Shown: piece by piece, positions 27,853 to 36,591 of the stretch | How positions within the stretch are numbered: the stretch's first letter is position 1 | Layout: the number at the start of each line of letters is the position of its first letter | Source of the DNA: Porticoccaceae bacterium | Lineage (GTDB): Bacteria > Pseudomonadota > Gammaproteobacteria > Pseudomonadales > Porticoccaceae | DNA: 64,000 nt | Assembly: GCA_018663035.1 (NCBI GenBank) | Contig: JABJEX010000013.1 | Coordinates: 4,409 to 68,408 of the forward strand | Direction of reading: 5' to 3' | Notes under the pieces: model-generated | Databases searched by the model: none | The model's input: the letters and a program-made list of their open reading frames with translations, nothing else | Told to the model about the DNA's origin: nothing | Program-made: the position numbers and the translations under genes

Positions 27853-29073
27853 ATGGCAGGACCTCTGGCTGGCTATAAAGTTTTGGATATGAGCCGCGTG
27901 CTCGCTGGCCCCTGGGCTGGGCAGATGCTCGCGGATCTCGGAGCTGAGGTAATCAAGATTGAACGGCCATCAGTGGGCGACGACACTCGCCACTGGGGAC
28001 CTCCCTACCTGCAAAACAGCGACGGCACCAGCACCCAAGACGCGGCTTATTTTTTTTGCACCAATCGCGGTAAAAAATCGGTCACTGTAGATATTACACA
28101 ACCAGAAGGCCAAGCAATTATCCGTCAGCTCGCCAGTCAGTCTGATGTGCTGATCGAAAACTATAAGGTGGGTGGCCTTGCAAAGTACGGTCTCGACTAC
28201 GACTCTCTGCAAGCCTTAAACCCACAGCTGATCTACTGCTCAATCACTGGCTTTGGCCAAACCGGCCCCTATGCTCAACGTCCGGGTTATGATTTTTTAA
28301 TTCAGGGCATGGGCGGCTTAATGAGCATCACCGGCGAGCCCGATGAGCAGCAAGGCGGCCCAGTAAAGGTCGGAGTAGCTGTCACAGATATTTTTACCGG
28401 TCTTTACGCCGCCAATGCAATTCAGGGCGCCCTGCTCGAACGGCACCAATCTGGACTGGGACAGCACATAGATCTGGCATTACTGGATGTGCAGGCTGCC
28501 GTATTAGCCAATCAGGCCAGCAACTACCTCATTGGTGGTCAGGTGCCAGAGCGTCTGGGTAATGCCCACCCAAACATTGTGCCCTATCAAGCATTCGCTA
28601 CTGCAGATGGCCATATTATTTTGGCGGTGGGTAATGACAGCCAGTTTGAGCGTCTCAGTCAGGTGCTACAGCAGCCACAGTGGGCTCTTGATCCAAGCTA
28701 TCAAACCAATGCCGCCAGAGTGAAAAACCGACAGCAACTATGCGCCAGTATCAGCCAGCAACTCAGTGCAGGAAACAGCAGTGATTGGCTCAGATTATTC
28801 ACCGAGCACCAGATTCCCTGCGGCCCGATTAATAGAATTGATGAAGTATTCGAAGACCCACAAATCTTAGCTCGTGACATGCTGGTCAAGGTGGCGGATA
28901 AACGCGCCGGTGAAATTAAACTGGTGGGCAATCCAATAAACTATAGTCGCTCACAAATAGACTATGCAGTGCCACCTCCGGAACTTGGAGATGACACTGC
29001 ATCAGTACTAGGGGAGACTCTTGAATTTTCGCAAGCGGAGCTAGACGCCCTGCGCAAAAAATCTATTATTTAG
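27853..29073 (+). CDS. CaiB/BaiF (family III) CoA-transferase, probably succinyl-CoA:glutarate CoA-transferase
   Basis: DMSRVLAGPW, GDDTRHWGPP, NRGKKS, PGYD and GVAVTDIFTG motifs; directly follows gcdH. Confidence 0.85.
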   Translation: MAGPLAGYKVLDMSRVLAGPWAGQMLADLGAEVIKIERPSVGDDTRHWGPPYLQNSDGTSTQDAAYFFCTNRGKKSVTVDITQPEGQAIIRQLASQSDVLIENYKVGGLAKYGLDYDSLQALNPQLIYCSITGFGQTGPYAQRPGYDFLIQGMGGLMSITGEPDEQQGGPVKVGVAVTDIFTGLYAANAIQGALLERHQSGLGQHIDLALLDVQAAVLANQASNYLIGGQVPERLGNAHPNIVPYQAFATADGHIILAVGNDSQFERLSQVLQQPQWALDPSYQTNAARVKNRQQLCASISQQLSAGNSSDWLRLFTEHQIPCGPINRIDEVFEDPQILARDMLVKVADKRAGEIKLVGNPINYSRSQIDYAVPPPELGDDTASVLGETLEFSQAELDALRKKSII

Positions 29074-29076
29074 TCG

Positions 29077-30891
29077 CTAGTTTTGTGACGCAATCCAACT
29101 GGCCACTGACTCTTCCAAAATGGCCAGTGGCATAGCGCCATTCATCAAAATCATTTCGTGAAACTCGCGGCTATCAAAGCGCTCACCCAGTGCTTTTTCA
29201 GCTTGGGTACGCAGCGCCAATATGGCTTGTTGACCGACTTTGTAGGAGGTCGCCTGACCGGGCCAAACCACATAGCGCTCAATTTCGCGAGTAACTTCTG
29301 CCTCAGTGAGACCAGTTTTCTCAAGCATGTAAGCGATCGCTTTCTCGCGACTCCAACGCTTGGCGTGGATGCCAGAATCTACGACTAAACGCACAGCCCG
29401 AAAAATCTCGTCCTGCAAGCGACCCAGATTCCCCAGAGGGTCATTGTCATAAACTCCCATGTCGGTAAAAGCGATGCGCTCTGCGTAAAGCGCCCAACCC
29501 TCGGTATAGGCATTGAAAGGGCTCATCATGCGAAGGAACGGCACATCCTCGATCATCTGCCCCGCAGAAATCTGGAAATGATGTCCTGGAGCACCCTCGT
29601 GATACATAAAGGTCCGCAGTTTCCAGCGGGGATTATCCCAGGTATCTTTTTGATTGATGTAGAAGCGCCCTGGGGTAGATCCATCTAGAGCTGGCGGCTG
29701 GTAGTACCCGCCTGGAGAGGAATCCTGCGCATAGACAGGCACCCTGACTATCTCCAGAGGCTGCGGCGGTATGGTTATAAAGTGCTGATCCGCCATAGCC
29801 ATCAACTGATCATTGACCTGGTTTAGGTAGGCTATCTGCTCAGCCCGACCTTCCTCTGTGTTGGCGAAGTTATGTTCAGGCATCACCATCAGCTGCTGAA
29901 CTCGAGACAGAATACTGCCTTCCGTCATCCCCAAGCTCATCAGAATATCGTTCATTTCCAACTGAATTCGTGCCACCTCGGCTAAACCTAGTTGATGAAC
30001 GTCATCTGCCGACATATTGGTGGTGGTATTTGATCTCAGAGCATTGTTGTAAATAGCTTCACCCTGAGGCAGACGCCATACACCAGCATCATGACTGCTG
30101 GTCAATAGCATCTCTTCAAATAGCGCGATCATGTTGTGGTACTGAGGAATAATCTGGGAGCTTACAGCCTCCTGCGCTTCCTTGGTGAGCGCCACCTTAG
30201 TAGCCTCAGCGATGTTGTCCAACGGATCCAACCTGCTGGCTAATGTAGCCACTAGAGGGTTTTCCTCTACTGGGCCATCAGAGAAAGCACGCATGCCAAC
30301 CAGTACTTTTTCAATAATAAAATCAGGGGGCACGGTCCCCTGATCACGATCATCCATTACCCGCACCCGCACCTCGGAAATGACCCGGGCGAACTCATTC
30401 AGGCGTGAAATGTAACGACGCAAACTTTTCTCGTCGACGATCCTATGTCTATCTGTGAGGAACTGAGGCAAATCCACCATCACGCCAGAGATTTGATTAA
30501 CTCGATATCCACCATGCTCAAACTCGGCGCTGCGAATTAAATCGTCAAAAAACCAGGCAGTAATCTTCCAACTGAGGAGCTCTTGACCCTCTAATCCCTC
30601 TGGGCCATAACTATCGAGACCGCGACGACCCTCAAGCAAAATAGTCAGTGACTTTTTATCGGCCTCCTCTGTATAGGACTCTAATTTGTCACTGTGGAAG
30701 TCTAGGGGCGTGTTATCAATAAGTCCGATAGAGCTGATCATTTCAGGAGACTGCATCACCAGCTGGAGGCTTATTTTGTTGATATAGTTATTGACGCCCA
30801 CAGGCATAGCCCAGAACCACAGATAGAGCGAAAACACTGCAATGACGACGACTGAGATCAGTAGCCCGAGAATTTTTTTAACAGCAGACAT
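29077..30891 (-). CDS. DUF885-family protein (putative metallopeptidase-like)
   Basis: N-terminal TM anchor, YHEGAPGHHFQ, EGWALYAE, RAVRLVVDSGIH and WPGQATSYKVG motifs. Confidence 0.88.
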   Translation of the reverse strand: MSAVKKILGLLISVVVIAVFSLYLWFWAMPVGVNNYINKISLQLVMQSPEMISSIGLIDNTPLDFHSDKLESYTEEADKKSLTILLEGRRGLDSYGPEGLEGQELLSWKITAWFFDDLIRSAEFEHGGYRVNQISGVMVDLPQFLTDRHRIVDEKSLRRYISRLNEFARVISEVRVRVMDDRDQGTVPPDFIIEKVLVGMRAFSDGPVEENPLVATLASRLDPLDNIAEATKVALTKEAQEAVSSQIIPQYHNMIALFEEMLLTSSHDAGVWRLPQGEAIYNNALRSNTTTNMSADDVHQLGLAEVARIQLEMNDILMSLGMTEGSILSRVQQLMVMPEHNFANTEEGRAEQIAYLNQVNDQLMAMADQHFITIPPQPLEIVRVPVYAQDSSPGGYYQPPALDGSTPGRFYINQKDTWDNPRWKLRTFMYHEGAPGHHFQISAGQMIEDVPFLRMMSPFNAYTEGWALYAERIAFTDMGVYDNDPLGNLGRLQDEIFRAVRLVVDSGIHAKRWSREKAIAYMLEKTGLTEAEVTREIERYVVWPGQATSYKVGQQAILALRTQAEKALGERFDSREFHEMILMNGAMPLAILEESVASWIASQN

Positions 30892-31007
30892 GTTTGAACC
30901 TTTTTCATTGAATTAATGCGCCGGTCATTAGCCGGCATTAGTTGCCCTGATTTAGACGAATCAGGGCTCTAATTTGGATTCAACTCAGTATTACCTAAAC
31001 GTCACCA

Positions 31008-32183
31008 CTAGTCGATAAGCCGCATCACTGGCGGAGGAAAGCCATTGAAATCGCAGGCACAGGTGGTGCAATAGGCACCCAGATTGGGCATATAGATAAA
31101 ATCTTCCGCCTCGGTGTTAGCTGGGAGTTTATGTCGGCCCATTACGTCGATAGAGTCACAGGTTGGGCCAGCCATGGTCCACAGTCCCGGCTCCCCAGTG
31201 CGCTCGCTTATAAGAGTCACTGGAAAATCTTGGGTTAACTCCATCAATCCACCGTAAACACCAGTATCCAGATAGACCCAACGCACCTCATCGCGAGTCG
31301 CCACGCCTACTACCTGTGCAATGAGACAGCCTGCTGAACCAGCAAAGTATCTTCCCGGCTCTGCCATTATCTGAATATTTTCCGGAATCGATTCAAGCTC
31401 AGCATTGATCACGGCGCCAATCTCTTCAATAGCCGGCTCAGCTCCAGTAAATTGCAATGGATAACCACCACCCATATTGAGCAGTTCAGGCTCAAAGCCA
31501 TGGCTGGATAATTTAGTAAACAGTGCCTTGGCCGCTCGAATACCCTCAACCCAATTATTGGTGTTCACGCATTGCGAACCCACATGGAAGGTCACGCCAC
31601 AGATTCGCATACCGAGATTTTTTGCCGTTTCTATAACAGCATCAACGCCAGACGGACTAGCACCAAACTTACCTGCCAACGGCCAGCTGGAGCCTTCGTT
31701 GCTAACTTCGATACGAATATACAACTTGGCATCTGGCTTGATTGCAGATATTTTTGCCACCTCTTCTGGCGTGTCAACGCTGTACCAAAGGATGCCGTTC
31801 TTTGCAGCATGGGCAACGGCAGCGGGCGATTTAATCGGGTTGGAGTAAAATACTGTCTGCATATCGGCGCCCAGCTTCAGCATCGCATCTACCTCGGCGA
31901 TAGAGGCCACCTCAAAACAGGTACCCTCTTCTTTGAAGGTGCGCAGAATATCCATATCAGGGTTGGCCTTCACCGCATAATGAGGGCGTACTCTTGGCAT
32001 AGCCGCCATAAAACGACGCGCGTTTTCTCGCAGACGCTGCTTTGACACGACCAACACAGGCCGGCTGTAGTCTTTAGTGAAAGGCGCAGTAAAAGAAATT
32101 TGCTGACGACTGTCTTCTTCTACCATTAATCTACGCTGATTTTGGTTATTATTTTCCAGCTTAACTGCTGCAGCAACGCTCAT
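31008..32183 (-). CDS. Fold-type III PLP-dependent basic amino-acid decarboxylase (ornithine/lysine decarboxylase family)
   Basis: HYAVKAN (PLP Lys), KFG, TFHVGSQ, MGGGYP, AEPGRY and GPTCDSID motifs. Confidence 0.9.
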   Translation of the reverse strand: MSVAAAVKLENNNQNQRRLMVEEDSRQQISFTAPFTKDYSRPVLVVSKQRLRENARRFMAAMPRVRPHYAVKANPDMDILRTFKEEGTCFEVASIAEVDAMLKLGADMQTVFYSNPIKSPAAVAHAAKNGILWYSVDTPEEVAKISAIKPDAKLYIRIEVSNEGSSWPLAGKFGASPSGVDAVIETAKNLGMRICGVTFHVGSQCVNTNNWVEGIRAAKALFTKLSSHGFEPELLNMGGGYPLQFTGAEPAIEEIGAVINAELESIPENIQIMAEPGRYFAGSAGCLIAQVVGVATRDEVRWVYLDTGVYGGLMELTQDFPVTLISERTGEPGLWTMAGPTCDSIDVMGRHKLPANTEAEDFIYMPNLGAYCTTCACDFNGFPPPVMRLID

Positions 32184-32255
32184 TACACACCTATAAGAAG
32201 AGAGGTTTAAAACAGCATTTTATTAATATAAACTGTCATTTTGTATTTGCAAACC

Positions 32256-32290
32256 TTTCAATTTGTTTACTATTAATAAGCAAATTGAAA
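32256..32290. promoter_or_regulatory. AT-rich inverted repeat in the decarboxylase/Lrp divergent promoter (candidate operator)
   Basis: TTTCAATTTGTTTA...TAAGCAAATTGAAA: 14-bp arms with one mismatch. Confidence 0.5.
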
Positions 32291-32309
32291 TATTAAATGG
32301 CATATTGAA

Positions 32310-32732
32310 ATGAAAAATGAAAGTCGCCTTCTCAAGCTTCTCCAAGAAAATAGCCGCAGAACCGTATCTGATCTCGCCAGCGAACTAGGGCTTAGCCGTG
32401 CCACAGTGCAGCAGACAATGGAGAGGTTGGAGCGCAAAGGCGTAATCCAGGGCTATACCATTAAGATTAACCCGCATTTTGAGCAGCAGCAGGTTAGCGC
32501 CTACATCATGATCTCAGTGATTCCTAAAAAGACTGCAGATATTGTTCGCCAGATTCACAGGGTGCCGCAACTGGATATGCTATGCACAATCAGTGGCCAG
32601 TACGACCTTATTGCCAAGGTAACTGAGGAAACCACAGAGGCGCTGGATAAAAGCATTGATCGAATCGCTACCCTTGATGGAGTAGAAAAAACACTGAGTC
32701 ATATTGTGTTGTCAAGAAAGGTAGATAGATAG
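32310..32732 (+). CDS. Lrp/AsnC-family transcriptional regulator
   Basis: N-terminal HTH (LQENSRRTVSDLASELGLSRATV...GVIQGYT) and a C-terminal RAM domain (ISGQYDLIAKV). Confidence 0.93.
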   Translation: MKNESRLLKLLQENSRRTVSDLASELGLSRATVQQTMERLERKGVIQGYTIKINPHFEQQQVSAYIMISVIPKKTADIVRQIHRVPQLDMLCTISGQYDLIAKVTEETTEALDKSIDRIATLDGVEKTLSHIVLSRKVDR

Positions 32733-32788
32733 TCGGTAGACTGGTAACTTAGCGACTCAAAAAAATAACGACAAAATCATCATTCCCT

Positions 32789-34252
32789 ATGAGCAAAATA
32801 ATCACTAAACCCAGCTTACTCGACGCCCTGATTCCTGTTATCGTTCTAATCAGCATGCTGGCAGGCACTGTCTATGTGTTTGGTCTAGACTCCTTTGGCC
32901 CCAATCAGGTTGCACTCATCATGGCAGCGGCAGTAGCTGCCATGATTGGGATTAAAAATGGCATCAGCTGGCATGAGATTGAGCAGGGCATGATTCACAC
33001 AATTAGCCTCTCACTACAATCAATTCTGATTCTATTAATGGTTGGCTCATTAATCGGCAGCTGGATTCTGTCTGGCACTGTACCCAGCATGATTTACTAT
33101 GGGGTGGAGTTGATGTCGCCGGACTACTTTTATCTCACCGCCTGCCTGGTTTGCGCCCTGCTAGGCTTTAGCATTGGTAGTTCTTGGACAGTGGCAGGAA
33201 CCCTAGGTATTGGCCTGATGGGCATCGCTGCGGCACTTAATCTTTCGCTGGCGATCAGTGCTGGCGCTATCATCTCCGGCGCCTACTTTGGCGACAAGCT
33301 GTCACCACTCTCAGAAACCACCAATCTGGCAGCGGCAGTAACCAGCAACAATCTGTTTGACCATATTCAGCACATGCTTTGGACTACTATCCCAGGCTTT
33401 TTGATTACCCTGGTTCTATTTTTTCTTTTGGGGGTAGGTAGCGGGTCCAACCTAGTAATTGATGATATTGAGATACTCCAAAATGCAATGCAGCAAACCT
33501 TCACCATTAATCCGCTGATGCTGCTGCCACTGATACTTTTACTGACCATGGCGGTCAAGAAGCTACCGGCCCTATCAACATTGATCTGCGGAACAGTCGC
33601 AGGCTGTGTGTTTGCGGCGGCGTTTCAAACCGATGTAGTTATTGCTCTGGCGGATGATAATAGCCTCAGCTCCACTGCAGCTATTTTTAAGGGCCTGTTT
33701 AGCTCGATGTTTTTGGGCTACAGCTCTGTGACCGGCAACGAAGCCCTTGATACCCTGCTGTCCAAAGGCGGCATGAGTAATATGCTGACTACCGTTGGTC
33801 TGGTCATAAATGCGATGGCCTTCGGTGGCGCGATGCGACGCACAGGTCTGCTGCAGCGGCTGGTAGAGGCTGCATTGAGCCGAGTTAGATCAGCAGGCGA
33901 TATGATTGTCGCCACTGTAGGGACCTGTATAGGCACGAATATTTTGGCTGCCGACCAATATCTCAGCCTGGTAATTCCTGGGCAGATGTTTGTAAAACCC
34001 TATGAAGAGCGCGGGCTCAGCACCATCAACCTATCGCGTACACTTGAGGACTCTGGCACCCTAACCTCGGCGCTAGTGCCCTGGAATACCTGTGGTGCCT
34101 ATATGTCAGCAACCCTAGGGGTCAGCACGTTTATCTATGCCCCCTATGCTTTCTTTAATATCCTCTGCCCAATCATTGCCATTATCTATGGTTATTCGCA
34201 AATTGGATTGACTACAATTGATAAAGAACCCTCAGGGCAGGCCCGGTCTTAG
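32789..34252 (+). CDS. NhaC-family antiporter (possible amino-acid/amine transporter)
   Basis: About 12 TM helices; GSSWTVAGTLG, GAYFGDKLSPLSETTNLA and SRTLEDSGT..LVPWNTCG motifs. Confidence 0.88.
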   Translation: MSKIITKPSLLDALIPVIVLISMLAGTVYVFGLDSFGPNQVALIMAAAVAAMIGIKNGISWHEIEQGMIHTISLSLQSILILLMVGSLIGSWILSGTVPSMIYYGVELMSPDYFYLTACLVCALLGFSIGSSWTVAGTLGIGLMGIAAALNLSLAISAGAIISGAYFGDKLSPLSETTNLAAAVTSNNLFDHIQHMLWTTIPGFLITLVLFFLLGVGSGSNLVIDDIEILQNAMQQTFTINPLMLLPLILLLTMAVKKLPALSTLICGTVAGCVFAAAFQTDVVIALADDNSLSSTAAIFKGLFSSMFLGYSSVTGNEALDTLLSKGGMSNMLTTVGLVINAMAFGGAMRRTGLLQRLVEAALSRVRSAGDMIVATVGTCIGTNILAADQYLSLVIPGQMFVKPYEERGLSTINLSRTLEDSGTLTSALVPWNTCGAYMSATLGVSTFIYAPYAFFNILCPIIAIIYGYSQIGLTTIDKEPSGQARS

Positions 34253-34298
34253 AGGGTCTCTGCCAATCTAGTGGCGGTGGTACTCGGGGCTTAATGCT

Positions 34299-35198
34299 AT
34301 GACCATCAGCCAGTGCAGCATAATTTTTCTAGCGGCCTGTTTATCGGCTGGCTCGGCCTCATCTGGACCATTATTATTTGACGGTGAACTGGCAATACAA
34401 CATATAGCTAGGCAGATAGCATTCGGGCCCAGAGAGCCTCGCAATCAACTAGCAAAGAAAAATACCCTTAGCTATTTACAGCAAACTCTGGCCCCTCTGG
34501 CCGATGATATTAGCATCCAACATTTTCAAGCCTACCAACTAGAAGGTACTAATTTATGGGCCAGCTTCCAAGGCCCTACCCACGGCGATAAGCCCAGCGA
34601 ACGGATTATGCTCGCAGCCCACTGGGATACTCGCCCCTGGGCGGACCAAGACTCTGATCCAGCACTGCGACGCAGTGCGGTTATTGGCGCGAATGACGGC
34701 GGCTCTGGCGTCGCCCTGTTACTAGAGATGGCTCGTATTCTGGCATATAGACCAGCCCCAGTTACTGTTGATCTGGTATTTTTTGACCTTGAAGATATGG
34801 GAGGCATAGGTAATCGCCCTTTCTCGATTGGTGCACAACAATTTATTGCTGCCAATCCTAAGTATCGTCCCAGCGCAGGGGTTGTGGTTGATATGGTCTG
34901 CGATAAAAACCTCAGCATTCCCAGAGAGCAATATTCCGATACTAGAGCGGGCGCGCTGATGGATAAACTGTGGGCGATTGCTAAGACACAACAGGCTCGG
35001 GCCTTTAAAGACCGACGCGGTGGATTTATCAGCGACGACCACCTACCCTTTTTGGAGGCTGGAATTCCAGTCGTTGATTTGATTCACTATCCATTTCCTG
35101 ATTACTGGCACACTACAGAAGACACCCTAGACAAATGCAGTGCCCGTAGCTTGCAGCAGGTTGGCAATCTTCTGACTGACTTTATCTACACTTACTAG
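34299..35198 (+). CDS. M28-family metalloenzyme, glutaminyl-cyclase-like, secreted
   Basis: Signal peptide; AHWDTRP, GANDGGSG, FDLEDMG, DMV, SDDHLPF and YWHT motifs. Confidence 0.8.
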   Translation: MTISQCSIIFLAACLSAGSASSGPLLFDGELAIQHIARQIAFGPREPRNQLAKKNTLSYLQQTLAPLADDISIQHFQAYQLEGTNLWASFQGPTHGDKPSERIMLAAHWDTRPWADQDSDPALRRSAVIGANDGGSGVALLLEMARILAYRPAPVTVDLVFFDLEDMGGIGNRPFSIGAQQFIAANPKYRPSAGVVVDMVCDKNLSIPREQYSDTRAGALMDKLWAIAKTQQARAFKDRRGGFISDDHLPFLEAGIPVVDLIHYPFPDYWHTTEDTLDKCSARSLQQVGNLLTDFIYTY

Positions 35199-35233
35199 CA
35201 ACTTAGCAACTTAGCAACTTAGCAACTTAGCAA
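35196..35233 (+). repeat. Intergenic 8-bp tandem repeat (TAGCAACT)x4 plus a partial copy
   Basis: Exact copies start at 35196, 35204, 35212 and 35220, with partial TAGCAA at 35228. The first TAG is the M28 stop codon. Confidence 0.95.
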
Positions 35234-35253
35234 AACTTTAGAGAACAAACAGC

Positions 35254-36591
35254 ATGACAAAAAATAAACTAGTTCGTCTCATTAGCCTGTCTGCTATCGG
35301 CAGCCTTTTCGCCCTCAGTGTCAGCGCAGACAATCTGATGCAGTCCATCGAGGACGACTACAGCAATCGACTAGGCGATATCTTTGCCGACTTCCATGCT
35401 AATCCAGAGCTCAGCACAGGCGAGTTTCGCACGGCCAAAATACTGGCTAGCCTGCTGCGAGAATCAGGCTTTGAGGTCACAGAAGGCGTCGGTGGTACTG
35501 GGATTGTGGCACTAATGGAAAATGGCCCTGGACCATTAGTAATGATGCGCGCTGATATGGATGGACTTCCCCTAGAAGAAAAATCCGGCTTGCCCTATGC
35601 CTCAAAGGTGACCCAGTTGGATCCGGTGACTGGGAAGGTGTTTCCAGTGATGCATGCCTGTGGCCACGACGTTCATATCACCAGCTTAGTAGGAACTGCC
35701 AAACAGATGGCCGAGCGGCGAGATAGCTGGTCTGGCAGGTTGATGCTAATTGGCCAGCCTGCCGAAGAGCGAGTATTGGGTGCCAAGATCATGATGCAGG
35801 ACAATCTCTGGAAGCGTTTTGGAAAGCCTGACTATGCTTTGGCGTTCCACGTCGCAGCGGGGCTGCCTGCGGGAAATATTAATGTGCAAGAAGGTGCGCC
35901 CATGGCAGGTGCGGATACTGTAGATATTATTGTCCACGGCATCGGTGCTCACGGCGCGTCTCCCCATGCAGGTAAAGATCCAGTCCTTCTCGGCAGTCAG
36001 ATTGTAGTAGGACTACAGGCACTGGTGGCACGAGAACTCCCGCCAAGAGAAGCCGGCGTGGTCACTGTGGGGGCATTCCATAGCGGCACCAAGCACAATA
36101 TTATTTCCGATCGTGCAGAACTTCAGCTGACAGTGCGCAACACCAACCTTAAGACAAGGGATAAGTTACTCAGTGGCATAGAACGCATTGCGACCAACAT
36201 GGGGCGTGTTGCTGGATTGCCCGAGGATAAGCTGCCCGAGGTTATTGTTCTCGACGAATCAACCCCTCCCACCATTAATAATGATCCACTGGTGCGCCGC
36301 CTAAAGGCAGTGTGGCAGAACGCCATGGGAGAGGATCGGGTAACCGGTTATTCATCTCAGGGGATGGGCGCAGAAGACTTTCCATTTTTCACGACAGAAC
36401 CGGCAATACCAAGCGTTTACTTCTCTGTAGGTGGCACCCATATCTCGGACATAGAAGCCGCTGCTGATGGCACTGGGCCCGCAGTACACTCCCATCACAG
36501 CCCATTATTTAAGATTGAACCGCAGCCGTCGGTGACTACAGGCATTCAGGCCACCGTGCTTGCGCTGATGGATTTGATGCCAGTGAACTAA
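35254..36591 (+). CDS. M20D amidohydrolase (hippurate hydrolase-like) with signal peptide
   Basis: HANPELS, RADMDGLP, MHACGHDVH, QPAEE, FHV, MGAEDF and HHSP motifs. Confidence 0.9.
   Translation: MTKNKLVRLISLSAIGSLFALSVSADNLMQSIEDDYSNRLGDIFADFHANPELSTGEFRTAKILASLLRESGFEVTEGVGGTGIVALMENGPGPLVMMRADMDGLPLEEKSGLPYASKVTQLDPVTGKVFPVMHACGHDVHITSLVGTAKQMAERRDSWSGRLMLIGQPAEERVLGAKIMMQDNLWKRFGKPDYALAFHVAAGLPAGNINVQEGAPMAGADTVDIIVHGIGAHGASPHAGKDPVLLGSQIVVGLQALVARELPPREAGVVTVGAFHSGTKHNIISDRAELQLTVRNTNLKTRDKLLSGIERIATNMGRVAGLPEDKLPEVIVLDESTPPTINNDPLVRRLKAVWQNAMGEDRVTGYSSQGMGAEDFPFFTTEPAIPSVYFSVGGTHISDIEAAADGTGPAVHSHHSPLFKIEPQPSVTTGIQATVLALMDLMPVN

Noticed and set aside
31477-32045. Overlapping plus-strand ORFs of 123 and 157 aa
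   Set aside because: Antisense shadows of the well-supported decarboxylase. The same applies to the many 60-140 aa ORFs nested in other confident genes.
35196-35233. CRISPR array
   Set aside because: The unit is 8 bp with no spacers, and no cas genes are present; it is a simple tandem repeat.
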